Source: Bacilli bacterium
GTDB lineage: Bacteria; Bacillota_I; Bacilli_A; RFN20; CAG-826
Direction of reading: 5' to 3'
Assembly: GCA_024408505.1 (NCBI GenBank)
Contig: JAKSUZ010000001.1
Coordinates: 206 to 64,205, forward strand
Length of the DNA: 64,000 nt
Position numbers and translations under genes: made by a program. The notes under the pieces are model-generated. The model saw only the letters and a list, made by a program, of their open reading frames with translations. It was not told the DNA's origin and made no database searches. Positions 8,928-19,023 of this stretch are shown in pieces. Numbering within the stretch: position 1 is the first letter of the stretch; each line of letters opens with the position of its first letter.

Positions 8928-9604
8928 TTAAACTTAAAGATCTTCCGGAGCTAGAACGGCCCCGGGAGAAAGCCCGTCATTTTGGGATTAATAAATTAAA
9001 TAACGTTGAACTATTAGCACTTATTATTGGAAGTGGCACCAAAGACATGAATGTCTTAATGGTCGCCACGAACCTATTACGCTATGCTCATAGCATTGAT
9101 GCTTTGTTAGATTTTTCTTACCAAGACTTTTTAAAGATTACCGGTATTAAAGAGGCAACCGCATTCCGTTTTCTTGCGATTGGCGAATTACTTAAACGTA
9201 GAGGGTTGAGTGACAAAACTATTAACTATACCGATAGTAAGAGTGTAGCTACTCGTTATCGTTATATTATTGGAAATAATAAAAACGAATCCATGTATTT
9301 ATTAGCGATTGATGAAAAGGGTAATTTAATTTATGAAAAAGAGTTATATGTAGGCACCAAACAAGCCTTTGTTAGCAGCGAAGAAGAAATCATTGATGAA
9401 CTAAAGCGAGAGCGAGCACGTTTCTTTATTCTGGTTCATAATCATCCATCAAACCAAGTAACGCCGAGCGAAGAAGATTTAATTTCCACTAACCACCTAA
9501 AGGTGCGTGCTAAAAGAAATAACTTGCTCCTTATTGACCACATTATTGTAAGTAATGGTGAAGATTACTATTCATTTAAGGAACACGATAATTTACTAAA
9601 GTAG
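8924..9604 (+). CDS. radC: RadC-like JAB/MPN domain protein (UPF0758 family)
   Basis: N-terminus MIKLKDLPELERPREK matches the RadC N-terminal consensus. JAMM-type motif HNHPS...S.(E)D (ILVHNHPSNQVTPSEEDL). Start is taken at 8924 rather than the 8918 ATG. Confidence 0.8.
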   Translation: MIKLKDLPELERPREKARHFGINKLNNVELLALIIGSGTKDMNVLMVATNLLRYAHSIDALLDFSYQDFLKITGIKEATAFRFLAIGELLKRRGLSDKTINYTDSKSVATRYRYIIGNNKNESMYLLAIDEKGNLIYEKELYVGTKQAFVSSEEEIIDELKRERARFFILVHNHPSNQVTPSEEDLISTNHLKVRAKRNNLLLIDHIIVSNGEDYYSFKEHDNLLK

Positions 9605-9745
9605 TTGCAAAAGATAGCGTTATCATATATATTATTTTTCGTTGTCGTCTTCATCTACTGAAGCGCAACCGCATAGAAAAGGTTGCTAACTAATTACTTT
9701 GTAATTGACCTTCATAGCGAGTCTAGTTTTATAGGAGGAGATTTC
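9605..9745 (+). promoter_or_regulatory. Candidate L21-leader (ribosomal-protein autoregulatory leader) upstream of rplU-prp-rpmA
   Basis: About 140 nt of non-coding sequence between radC and rplU, containing complementary segments (gcaaccgcatagaaaaggttgc). The B. subtilis rplU operon carries such a leader at the same position. Identity is not verified here. Confidence 0.35.
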
Positions 9746-10054
9746 ATGTACGCAATTATTGAAACTGGCGGTAAGCAAGTAAAAGTCGCAGTTGGCGATA
9801 AAATTTTCGTTGAAAAAATTAACGTCAAAGATGGCGAAAAATACACTTTTGAAAAAGTGTTAGCGATCATTGATAAGGAATCTAAATTTGGTAATCCTTA
9901 TATCAAGAACGCAAAAGTTACTGCCAAAATCGTAAAACAAGGATTAGGCAAAAAGCTTCACATTTATAAATATAAAGCGAAGCATAATGAACGTAAGACC
10001 ATTGGTCATCGTCAACCTTATACTTGTTTAATCGTGGAGAGCATCGCACAATGA
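9746..10054 (+). CDS. rplU: 50S ribosomal protein L21
   Basis: MYAIIETGGKQVKV... SD ataGGAGGagatttc ATG. TGA stop overlaps the next ATG. Confidence 0.93.
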   Translation: MYAIIETGGKQVKVAVGDKIFVEKINVKDGEKYTFEKVLAIIDKESKFGNPYIKNAKVTAKIVKQGLGKKLHIYKYKAKHNERKTIGHRQPYTCLIVESIAQ

Positions 10055-10353
10055 TCGAAGTGACTGCAAGCAAAAGAAAGATCCGCGTTAAAGGACACGC
10101 AAACTTTGGAGCGAAAGGTTCAGATATAGTGTGTGCTGCGGTTTCTAGCTTAGTTAACACAACTCTTAATTCATTAAAAAGTTTTAAGAAGAGCGAAATT
10201 GTTGTTAAAGAAGGCGATGTCACCATTGATATTCGCCACAAAGTCAAAAGAGACGATCAAGTTCGATTAGAAATGTTAGTAAAGGGATTAAAGTTAATTG
10301 CTATGCAATATCCCGACAAGATAAAAGTCAAGGAGGTTAAAATAATTTTATGA
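10051..10353 (+). CDS. prp: Ribosomal-processing cysteine protease Prp (YsxB/DUF464), which cleaves the L27 N-terminal extension
   Basis: [32 protein letters not shown]. It lies between rplU and rpmA as in Firmicutes. Confidence 0.85.
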   Translation: MIEVTASKRKIRVKGHANFGAKGSDIVCAAVSSLVNTTLNSLKSFKKSEIVVKEGDVTIDIRHKVKRDDQVRLEMLVKGLKLIAMQYPDKIKVKEVKIIL

Positions 10354-10631
10354 AGTTTAATTTAGGATTACAGTTCTTCGCTAGTAAGAAAGGTGTCGGT
10401 TCAACCAAGAACGGACGTGATTCGCACGCAAAAAGATTAGGTGCGAAATTAAGTGATGGTCAATTCGCAACTGCGGGTAGTATTATTTATCGCCAAAGAG
10501 GTACTAAAGTATTTCCAGGTAATAACACTAAACGCGGTGGAGATGATACTATTTTTGCTACCGTAAGCGGTATCGTAAAATTTGAACGTATGGGTCGTAG
10601 CAAGACTCGCGTCAGCGTTTACGCAAAGTAA
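10350..10631 (+). CDS. rpmA: 50S ribosomal protein L27 (with the Prp-cleaved N-terminal extension)
   Basis: [25 protein letters not shown]... (the FAS|KKG cleavage motif). Confidence 0.93.
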   Translation: MKFNLGLQFFASKKGVGSTKNGRDSHAKRLGAKLSDGQFATAGSIIYRQRGTKVFPGNNTKRGGDDTIFATVSGIVKFERMGRSKTRVSVYAK

Positions 10632-10654
10632 AAAAAGTAAAACATATAATGAAG

Positions 10655-10681
10655 AGGTAGGAGAAATCCTACCTTTTTGTT
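10655..10681 (+). terminator. Rho-independent terminator after rpmA
   Basis: aggtagga-gaaa-tcctacct followed by TTTTGTT. Confidence 0.75.
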
Positions 10682-10780
10682 ATTATCAACATTATTTTTG
10701 TTAGTGTCGATAAATGCATTTTCTTCCTTTTTTGATTATATATATCTTATATAATGAGGCTATAAAAGGAGAAAAATAAA

Positions 10781-11074
10781 ATGGAAAAATTTTTCAAAAA
10801 AGTCAAGACTGACGCAAAGTTAAGAAAGGAATTTTTTGACTACATGCACAAGGCAGAAAAGAAGAACGCTGTCCAAATGAAAAAGTTTGGTAAAGAGTTC
10901 GATGCTTATGTAATGTCATTAATTAAGAACTTTGCCAAGTCAAAGAAGATTGCTATCAAAGATAGCGCAGCTGTTCAAAAACAACTCAAGGCTGTTTGTG
11001 GCAAGATTCAAAAGCAACTCAATTCAATGGTTGCTAAACAATTTGAAGCTCTTCTTGCTAATTACAAAAAGTAA
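10781..11074 (+). CDS. Small lysine-rich basic hypothetical protein (97 aa)
   Basis: A -35/-10-like pair (TTGATT...TATAAT) and an SD (aaaaGGAGaaaaataaa ATG) lie upstream. Predicted helical, about 25% K. A terminator follows. Confidence 0.55.
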   Translation: MEKFFKKVKTDAKLRKEFFDYMHKAEKKNAVQMKKFGKEFDAYVMSLIKNFAKSKKIAIKDSAAVQKQLKAVCGKIQKQLNSMVAKQFEALLANYKK

Positions 11075-11091
11075 TTAAGCTATTTAACTAA

Positions 11092-11122
11092 AAGAGCGGG
11101 ATTTATTTCTCGCTCTTTTTTA
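11092..11122 (+). terminator. Rho-independent terminator
   Basis: agagcg...cgctct stem followed by TTTTTT. Confidence 0.65.
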
Positions 11123-11140
11123 ATATATAATATTATAGGT

Positions 11141-12409
11141 ATGTTTATTGACCGTTGTAAGATTGAAGTTAGAAGCGGAAAAGGCGGAGATGGGGCGATT
11201 GCTTTTCGTCACGAAAAATATGTCGCGAATGGTGGACCTAGTGGCGGGAACGGCGGCCGTGGTGGTTCGATTATTTTTAAAACTGATAAAACGATAAATT
11301 CATTATTTAACTTTCGTCATTCAAAAGCGTTCATCGCTAATGATGGTGAAAAGGGTGATATTAAAAATCGTTATGGTAAAAATGCATCTGATGTCATCGT
11401 AAAAGTTCCGGTTGGAACCGTTGTGCTTGATGCTGATACAAACGAACTTCTCTTTGATTTAGACAAAGAGGATATGGAAGTAGTCGTAGTTAAAGGTGGT
11501 CGTGGTGGTCGAGGAAACGCTGCGTTTAAAAGTGACCGGAATCGTGTACCTAGAATTGCCGAGAATGGTTTACCAGGCGTTACAAAGAAACTAATTCTCG
11601 AATTAAAATTAATCGCGGATGTAGGTTTAGTTGGTATGCCTAGCGTTGGTAAATCAACTTTACTTTCTATTATTAGTGAAGCGAAACCTGAAATCGCTGA
11701 TTATCCGTTTACAACTTTATCTCCTAATTTAGGAGTGGTGAATCATGGTAACTATGATTCATTTGTGGTCGCAGACTTACCAGGTTTAATTGAAGATGCG
11801 CATAAAGGAAAAGGATTAGGATTAGAGTTCCTTCGTCATGTCGAAAGGTGTAAAGTTATCATTCACTTAGTAAGTATGGAAGAAGGCAATGATCCTATGA
11901 AGTCATATAAAATTATTAACGAAGAATTAAAGAAATATGATTCACGTTTATTAAAACGTCCGACTATCGTGGTCGCTACAAAAATGGACGAAGATGGCGC
12001 TGACGAAAAACGAATTAAATTTATTAAGGCGATTAAGAAAAAAATTATAGGGATTAGCGCGCTCACTAATGACGGCGTTGATGAATTGCTCAATGCATGC
12101 ATTTTAGAATTATCTCGTGCGGAAACCCCTAAGATTAAAGATTATCAAAACATTAAAGAAAAAATTTACGATGCTTCTAAAGAAGAAGCGATTTTTACCA
12201 TCGTCAAAGAAAAACCACATCAATGGAGAATTCTTGGTGACAAGGTTCTCCGTACCTATAGTTTAATCAATACTTCTACTGATGAAGGTTTATTACGTTT
12301 ACTAACGTATTTAAGAAAAATTGGTATTGATGATGAACTTGAAAAGAAAGGAGTCCTAGAAGGTGATACTATTTATTTAGGCGATTTTGCCTTCGAGTAT
12401 ATCAAATGA
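11141..12409 (+). CDS. obg: GTPase Obg/CgtA
   Basis: Glycine-rich Obg fold GGDGAIAF...GGPSGGNGGRGG, G-domain GLVGMPSVGKSTLL, C-terminal TGS-like domain. Confidence 0.93.
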   Translation: MFIDRCKIEVRSGKGGDGAIAFRHEKYVANGGPSGGNGGRGGSIIFKTDKTINSLFNFRHSKAFIANDGEKGDIKNRYGKNASDVIVKVPVGTVVLDADTNELLFDLDKEDMEVVVVKGGRGGRGNAAFKSDRNRVPRIAENGLPGVTKKLILELKLIADVGLVGMPSVGKSTLLSIISEAKPEIADYPFTTLSPNLGVVNHGNYDSFVVADLPGLIEDAHKGKGLGLEFLRHVERCKVIIHLVSMEEGNDPMKSYKIINEELKKYDSRLLKRPTIVVATKMDEDGADEKRIKFIKAIKKKIIGISALTNDGVDELLNACILELSRAETPKIKDYQNIKEKIYDASKEEAIFTIVKEKPHQWRILGDKVLRTYSLINTSTDEGLLRLLTYLRKIGIDDELEKKGVLEGDTIYLGDFAFEYIK

Positions 12410-13137
12410 CACTAAAAAATTATTTAAACGAAATTGTTAATTTCTTAAAAAATTATTTAAAAAGAAGCGGGGCAAAGGGTTACGCCCTTGGCCTATCCGG
12501 TGGAGTGGATTCTGCGCTTGTTTTGGCATTACTTTTAAAAGCGATTAAAAAAGAAAATATTCACGTAGTGATAATGCCAATTGAATCGAATAAGAAAGAT
12601 GAACAATATGCAATTAAACAATGCAATAAATTTAAGATTAAATATGATCTAATCGACTTAACTAATTCGTATCGAAAATTAAAGAAGGATATTTCTAATA
12701 TCCACCCCTTAAATAAGTTAAGCGAAAGTAACATTAAAGTTAGATTAAGAATGATTACCTTATATGCGATTGCCCAAAAGGAAAATTCTTTGGTGGTTGG
12801 CACTGATAATTTAGATGAACGCTATGTTGGTTACTTTACTAAATTTGGTGATGGAGCCGCCGATATTTTGCCAATTTCGAAACTCACCAAAGGTGAAGTA
12901 TATCAAGCAGCGAAAATGATGGGTGTAATTAAAGAAATTATTGAACGCGCTCCAAGTGCAGGACTATTTATTAACCAAAAAGATGAAGATGATTTAGGTG
13001 TTTCTTACAAAGAATTAGATAAATATCTATTAGGCAAAAAAGTTAGTAAAAAAGACGAAGAGAGAATCGTTCATTTACATACAATCAGCGAACATAAACG
13101 GAAGTTAATTCCGGAGGCAAAAAACTTTAAACGCTAA
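12406..13137 (+). CDS. nadE: NH3-dependent NAD+ synthetase
   Basis: PP-loop motif GLSGGVDSALV. ATGA overlap with obg. Confidence 0.88.
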   Translation: MTLKNYLNEIVNFLKNYLKRSGAKGYALGLSGGVDSALVLALLLKAIKKENIHVVIMPIESNKKDEQYAIKQCNKFKIKYDLIDLTNSYRKLKKDISNIHPLNKLSESNIKVRLRMITLYAIAQKENSLVVGTDNLDERYVGYFTKFGDGAADILPISKLTKGEVYQAAKMMGVIKEIIERAPSAGLFINQKDEDDLGVSYKELDKYLLGKKVSKKDEERIVHLHTISEHKRKLIPEAKNFKR

Positions 13138-13236
13138 TGGAAGAAAAGAAATTAAATAAAGTGATTATATCTACTTTAATTAGCTGTGTAATCATTTTGG
13201 TCACCATTCTTATATTTCTTTTGCTAAAATAGAGTT

Positions 13237-13788
13237 ATGTATTTTTCATTAACGGGTAAAATTACCCATATCTTAGATGGTAAAGTTGTAATTAACGTTA
13301 ACAACGTTAGTTATGAAGTTTTGGTTGCGCACGATCAAGACTTTTCGCTTAACGAAGAGACTACCATTTACACTCACTTTGCGATTCGCGAAGATGAACA
13401 ATATTTGGTAGGGTTTAAGAGTTTAGATGAAAAGAAAGCGTTCTTATCATTAATTAATGTTAAAGGCATTGGTCCTAAAACTGCGATTAATGCACTAAGT
13501 GCAACTACCGCTAATGAATTATTTACTGCTATCAGTGCAAACAATATTACTTTCTTAAAGAAACTTCCTGGTATTGGTGCGAAGGCGGCTAGCCAAATTA
13601 TTCTTGATCTTAAAGGTCAACTTACTTCTAGTAAAGCTGATATTCATCAATACGAACAAGTACGCACAGCGCTTAAGAGCCTAGGCTTTAAAGTAAAAGA
13701 AATTGAAGATGCTTTAGCGAAAGTGTCTATTCCTAACGGAACCAATGAAGAAATTCTAAAAGAAGCGCTTAGAAAATTACGGAAATAA
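13237..13788 (+). CDS. ruvA: Holliday junction DNA helicase RuvA
   Basis: N-terminal OB fold, two HhH motifs ([23 protein letters not shown]), 183 aa. Directly upstream of ruvB. Confidence 0.9.
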   Translation: MYFSLTGKITHILDGKVVINVNNVSYEVLVAHDQDFSLNEETTIYTHFAIREDEQYLVGFKSLDEKKAFLSLINVKGIGPKTAINALSATTANELFTAISANNITFLKKLPGIGAKAASQIILDLKGQLTSSKADIHQYEQVRTALKSLGFKVKEIEDALAKVSIPNGTNEEILKEALRKLRK

Positions 13789-13790
13789 AT

Positions 13791-14801
13791 ATGGCGAGAT
13801 TAATGGACGCAAAGAAAAATCAAAAGGAAGAAGAAATCGAGCTTTCATTACGTCCTAAAACTTTAAAAGAATATATTGGTCAAAAAGAGCTTAAGCATAA
13901 TTTAGAAATTTTTATTGGCGCGGCTAAACATCGAAACGAAGTTTTAGATCATACTTTATTATATGGACCACCTGGATTAGGAAAGACTACTCTTGCTTAT
14001 ATTATTGCAAATGAAATGAAAACCAAAGTCCGTTTAATTAACGGACCAAGCGTTGAACGCCCCGGAGATTTAGCAAGTATTTTATCAACTATGGAACCAG
14101 GTGAAATTTTATTCATCGATGAGATCCATCGTCTTCCACGTGTAGTTGAAGAAATTCTTTATAGCGCGATGGAAGATTTTAAATTGATCACTATAAGCGG
14201 CATGGGAGAAAACGCAACTAGTATTGATATACCATTGCCCCCGTTCACTTTAATTGGTGCGACCACAAGAGCGGGAGCTTTATCTTCTCCATTAAGAGCG
14301 AGATTTGGCATTACTGAAAAATTTAATTTTTATTCTTTAGATGAAATAGAACAAATTGTTCTTAGAACAAGCAAAGTCTTCAAAACAAAAATTAGTGATG
14401 AAGCAATCAAGCTAATTGCCGCAAGAAGTAGAGGAACTCCGAGAATTGCTAATCGTCTATTTAGACGTGTACGTGATTTTGCTAACTATGAACATAAAGA
14501 CGAAATCACAACTGCGATTGCCACTAAAGCATTAACCGCTTTGAAAGTTGATAAGCTCGGTCTTGATGATGTTGATATTCGTTATTTAACCGCGATCATG
14601 GAAAGGTTCCATGGCGGTCCAGTCGGACTTGAAGCCATTGCTTCTAGTATCGGTGAAGAAGTTATGAATTTAGAGGATGTTTACGAACCATATTTAATCC
14701 AAATTGGTTTAATAAATCGTACTCCGCGTGGTCGAATTGCGACCGATAAAGCCTATTCTCATTTAGAGAAAAATCATGGCTTCTCACTCTTTAAATCTTG
14801 A
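13791..14801 (+). CDS. ruvB: Holliday junction DNA helicase RuvB
   Basis: AAA+ Walker [15 protein letters not shown], Walker [12 protein letters not shown]-terminal winged helix. Confidence 0.95.
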   Translation: MARLMDAKKNQKEEEIELSLRPKTLKEYIGQKELKHNLEIFIGAAKHRNEVLDHTLLYGPPGLGKTTLAYIIANEMKTKVRLINGPSVERPGDLASILSTMEPGEILFIDEIHRLPRVVEEILYSAMEDFKLITISGMGENATSIDIPLPPFTLIGATTRAGALSSPLRARFGITEKFNFYSLDEIEQIVLRTSKVFKTKISDEAIKLIAARSRGTPRIANRLFRRVRDFANYEHKDEITTAIATKALTALKVDKLGLDDVDIRYLTAIMERFHGGPVGLEAIASSIGEEVMNLEDVYEPYLIQIGLINRTPRGRIATDKAYSHLEKNHGFSLFKS

Positions 14802-14845
14802 TTTTATTGCATTACTATTTCTAAAATAGTAAAATATTCTATCGT

Positions 14846-17446
14846 ATGCGCCGTTTTATTGCTTACTTATTAGCATCAATTACTATCTTCCTTGGCATAG
14901 GGATCGCTTTTAAGCCTGTTGCGACAAGTATTAATGCAGACTTAGATTTTCGTGATGGGCGCGAAGTCACTTTCCGTTTGGCAAATCGCGGCGATGATCC
15001 CGAACCTATTTCCGATGAAGATAAAGCTACTGAGTATTATGCAAATGTAATGAAGCAACGCTTAGAAGGTTATGGAATTGATAACTATACCATTACTACT
15101 AGTGGCGCAGATACGATTAAGGTTACGTTAACCACCAGTAGCGCAACTGAATGCGAAAACATAAGCAAATTATTGTGTACTAATCCAGAAATCGAAATTT
15201 GTAACTTAACTAAAGACGATATTACTGAACACCCTGTCAAAGATGATGATGATCAAGGGAAATATTCTTGGCACGATAGTAAAGCTTATCTTACTTATAG
15301 TGGAGCATCGACTATTTTAGTTATGCCGATTCCGACCGACATGCAAAAAGCCACAGAAGAAATGATAGAAGCCGCTGGACAATATGAAGGCGGAGACGAC
15401 CCTGACCCAGAAAAGAATGACGACCCCGAGCCGCCAAAACAAAGTATTGTTCTTTGGATGAATCGTGAAGCGGGCGACGAATACGAATTTAAAGACAAAA
15501 ACCCAAACATCGCAAAGAAAATCATTTATGATCAATTCAATACTTCTAATTTTTATTACGGCGATAAAAAAGACGCGTTCCAAATTACATTTACTCCAGC
15601 AGGCGCTGATATTAAAAGCATTACCGAATCATACAATCAAGCTCGCTTGATGATGAATTTATTAAACGCGGAAGAAACACTTTACGCGTGTGAAGCGATT
15701 CAGACCGAAATTATTCCTGCTCACGTAGAGAATTTATTAGTTTATGGTTCACAAGTAAATATCGCAATGAGCGCAACATTTATTTCAATGTTAGTGGCGT
15801 TCATAGTAATTTCATTAATTCTTGTTCTTTTCTATCGTCTTGGAGCGATCGCTGCTATTTCAACAATGGCAGCTCATACTTTCTTAACGTTCTTAATTTT
15901 CACGCTCTTTAAACCGGTCTTCAATATTTCGGCAATGGTTGGCTTAATTGTTATTGCCCTAAGCGCTCTAATTACATCGATTGCTCATAATAACTATCTA
16001 AAAGAAGAACTTTACAAAGGACGCAATTTAAAGAAAGCTAACTATGAAGCCAGTAAGAAAACAACTTTATTAACTGCCGACATTTCAGTCTTAACCGCAA
16101 TCACTGGTATCGTTCTTTACTTCCTCGGCGGCGCTTCTGTTTCAAGCGCAGGCATCGTATTGGTAATTGGATCAGTTTTGAACATCTTAATTAACACCTT
16201 CCTTTTGAAAGGAATGATGTGGTTATTAACTAACAACACCAGTTTCCAAGATAAAGCAAAATATTCATTACTCAATGTTGATAGCAAACATATTCCAGAT
16301 TTAAGTTTAGAAGAAAAACAAACTTATTATGGTCCATTTATAAATAAAGATTATTCTAAGAAAAAGAAAATTAGTGGCATTGTTACAGCGGTCTTATTAG
16401 CCGCTAGCGTTGTTGGCTTAATCGCCTTTAACGCAACTGGTAAAATCTTTAATACTAGTAACTACTATGCTTCAACTAATGAAGCGACTTTCTCTTTCCG
16501 TGCTGATAGTGAATCACAAACCCACCCTTCAGTTGAAGAGATTTCTAATATTATAAAAGAAATTAGTTTTGAAAATCGTGAAATGAAGTATGGCGAAGTC
16601 ACTTTCTTTACTTATCAAATGGTAGACGATGTGATTGAAGGAACTAAAGACGATCCAAAGATTTATTATTTACAAACATACAAAGTCGCTATTAACGAAA
16701 ACGATGTAACAAGCGCTAAATATTCATTTAAAGGTAAAGAAGGATATTTAAATGATATTATTAATAGCGCTTTAGGAGACCACGGATATGAAGCTGTTGA
16801 GAATCAAACTAGGGTATTTAGTAATGTAGTTTATAACATTCCGAACAATGTTGGTGTAGTGGCTTTATCAACTACGATTAGTTTAATTACATTTATGGTG
16901 TATTTACTAATTCGTCGTTTCCGTGCATCGCGCGTTCTAAGTGTATTTGTTACTTCGACTGTTGGTACTGTGCTAACAATTGGATTTATTTCATTAGCGC
17001 GTGTTGTCGCAACGCCAGTTCTAAGCATCGCAATGATTTTCACTATGTTAGCCACAGTTATGATGACTCTATTTATCTTACACAAAGATAAAGATTTAAT
17101 TAAAGAAGAAAGAATGAGAGATTTAGCAACAAGAAAAACCGTGTTAACGAAAGCAAATGCTATGGCACTATTACCAATGCTAATCTTTGCTCTAATTAGT
17201 GTATATGCGGCTATTAATTTCTTTGGCTTTGGTCATAAAGAATTCTTAGCATTGTTCTTCTCTTCAGCCTTTGGTATGGTTATGAGCGTTATTCTTCTTG
17301 TTACTTGGTTTACTACAATGTGTAATTTCTTTGATGAACAATTCGCTCGAGTGAAATTGCCGCAAATCAAGCGTCGAAAGAAAAACAAAATTAAAGAAAA
17401 GAGTAATGCTCCTGAGGAAGCAATCTTCATCGGTATCAACGATTAA
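14846..17446 (+). CDS. secDF: Protein-export membrane protein SecDF (fused SecD-SecF, 866 aa)
   Basis: N-terminal TM helix, a large extracytoplasmic domain, then two blocks of 6 TM helices. Follows ruvAB as in Bacillus. Family call rests on architecture and synteny. Confidence 0.6.
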   Translation: MRRFIAYLLASITIFLGIGIAFKPVATSINADLDFRDGREVTFRLANRGDDPEPISDEDKATEYYANVMKQRLEGYGIDNYTITTSGADTIKVTLTTSSATECENISKLLCTNPEIEICNLTKDDITEHPVKDDDDQGKYSWHDSKAYLTYSGASTILVMPIPTDMQKATEEMIEAAGQYEGGDDPDPEKNDDPEPPKQSIVLWMNREAGDEYEFKDKNPNIAKKIIYDQFNTSNFYYGDKKDAFQITFTPAGADIKSITESYNQARLMMNLLNAEETLYACEAIQTEIIPAHVENLLVYGSQVNIAMSATFISMLVAFIVISLILVLFYRLGAIAAISTMAAHTFLTFLIFTLFKPVFNISAMVGLIVIALSALITSIAHNNYLKEELYKGRNLKKANYEASKKTTLLTADISVLTAITGIVLYFLGGASVSSAGIVLVIGSVLNILINTFLLKGMMWLLTNNTSFQDKAKYSLLNVDSKHIPDLSLEEKQTYYGPFINKDYSKKKKISGIVTAVLLAASVVGLIAFNATGKIFNTSNYYASTNEATFSFRADSESQTHPSVEEISNIIKEISFENREMKYGEVTFFTYQMVDDVIEGTKDDPKIYYLQTYKVAINENDVTSAKYSFKGKEGYLNDIINSALGDHGYEAVENQTRVFSNVVYNIPNNVGVVALSTTISLITFMVYLLIRRFRASRVLSVFVTSTVGTVLTIGFISLARVVATPVLSIAMIFTMLATVMMTLFILHKDKDLIKEERMRDLATRKTVLTKANAMALLPMLIFALISVYAAINFFGFGHKEFLALFFSSAFGMVMSVILLVTWFTTMCNFFDEQFARVKLPQIKRRKKNKIKEKSNAPEEAIFIGIND

Positions 17447-17450
17447 TCTT

Positions 17451-17478
17451 AGCCACCATCTTGGTGGCTTTTATTTTT
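17451..17478 (+). terminator. Rho-independent terminator after secDF, abutting the recJ start
   Basis: agccacca-tct-tggtggct followed by TTTATTTTT. Confidence 0.65.
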
Positions 17479-19005
17479 ATGGAATTTATAGATAAATTAT
17501 TAGACTACTATAATATCTCACGAAGAGATTATGAAGAATTAACTCGCGATGCAAGTTTAGCGGATGTTCCTAGTTTTAACGTTTTTGATAACATCAACGA
17601 AGTAAAAGAAAGGATTTTATTAGCGATTAAAAACAAAGAAAGAATTTTAATTTATGGCGATTATGATGCTGATGGTATTCTTGCAACTTCAATTCTAGTA
17701 AATACTTTTAAAAAATTAAAACACGAGGTTGATTATTACATTCCTTCACGTTATTTAGATGGATATGGAATAACCGAAGAGAAAGTCATTCAAGCGAAAG
17801 AAAAAGGCTACCAGTTAATCATAACAGTTGATAATGGGATTGTGGCTTTAGCCGCGCTAAAAAAGGCGAAAGAATTAAACTTGGAGATGATTATCACCGA
17901 TCATCATGAGTTTACTGAACCGCCATTAGATTTTCTTTCCCTCCATCCCAAAAGATCTAAATTAAAAGTTACCACTAGTGGTGCTATGGTTGCCTTTTAT
18001 TTAAGCACCGCCTTACTTTATGAAATTGATCCATATTTACTAACTTTAGGCGCAACCAGTATTCTTTCGGATGTAATGCCAATGAAAGAAGAAAATCGTC
18101 AAATTGTAAAACTCGCGCTTAAATATTTAAATAAATATAAGTTCGATAAATTCAAATTGTTAAGTGGAGAAACTTCGTTTGATGAAACAACGTTAACTTT
18201 AAATATGATTCCTAAAATTAACGCCGTTGGTCGAATTGAGACTAAAAAAGAAGTTAATATTTTAGTTAAATATTTTACAACCGATTCTTATCACGACTTA
18301 GTTAAGATTAGAGAGTATGTTAATAACATTAACGAAAAAAGAAAACAGATGTCTCTTGATATCGTAAAGAATTTACAAATAGCCGAACAAGATGCAGTAG
18401 TAATAAAATTAGATATTTTATCTGGTTTATCAGGATTAATCGCAAGCCGAGTGATTGCGAATAATAATTTACCAGTTTGTATTTTTTCAAGTGAAGTAAT
18501 TAATGGTAATATTCGTGGATCCATTCGTAGTAAGCACGGATTTAGTGTTACTAAGTTCTTTGAGCTAAATCAGTCTATGTTACTTGAACATGGAGGCCAT
18601 GAACTCGCTGGCGGAGTAGTCATTAAAGAAGGCGATTTTGATAAGTTTAAGGAAGCTTTTATTAATTTTGCAAAAAATAATAAATTTATTCCAGCCCAAG
18701 ATAATATTCCTATTAAGGAAGAAGAGATCAATTTAAGAAATTATGAAATAATGCGTAGTTTTGCTCCGTTTGGCAATGATTGGAGAGAACCGATTTTTGT
18801 TTTAAAAGATGTAGACGTTAATCGAATTAATAAAGTTGGCCCTAATCAAGAGCATTTATCAATCTTATTAAATAATAAGAATAAGGTAATCGGATTCCGT
18901 TATCCTTTTAATACTTTAGTGAATCCAACGGTTGATTTAACCGGGGTCCTTCGTCTTAACAAATATAAAGATTTTGTAACTGTTAATTTCTTATTACAAA
19001 ATTAA
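17479..19005 (+). CDS. recJ: Single-stranded-DNA-specific exonuclease RecJ (DHH/DHHA1)
   Basis: DHH motifs ILIYGDYDADGI, ITVDNGI, ITDHH. C-terminal DHHA1 (GGHELAGG). The track's TTG start at 17461 lies inside the terminator hairpin, so the ATG at 17479 is preferred. Confidence 0.85.
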   Translation: MEFIDKLLDYYNISRRDYEELTRDASLADVPSFNVFDNINEVKERILLAIKNKERILIYGDYDADGILATSILVNTFKKLKHEVDYYIPSRYLDGYGITEEKVIQAKEKGYQLIITVDNGIVALAALKKAKELNLEMIITDHHEFTEPPLDFLSLHPKRSKLKVTTSGAMVAFYLSTALLYEIDPYLLTLGATSILSDVMPMKEENRQIVKLALKYLNKYKFDKFKLLSGETSFDETTLTLNMIPKINAVGRIETKKEVNILVKYFTTDSYHDLVKIREYVNNINEKRKQMSLDIVKNLQIAEQDAVVIKLDILSGLSGLIASRVIANNNLPVCIFSSEVINGNIRGSIRSKHGFSVTKFFELNQSMLLEHGGHELAGGVVIKEGDFDKFKEAFINFAKNNKFIPAQDNIPIKEEEINLRNYEIMRSFAPFGNDWREPIFVLKDVDVNRINKVGPNQEHLSILLNNKNKVIGFRYPFNTLVNPTVDLTGVLRLNKYKDFVTVNFLLQN

Positions 19006-19023
19006 GTTTTATAATACTAAAGT

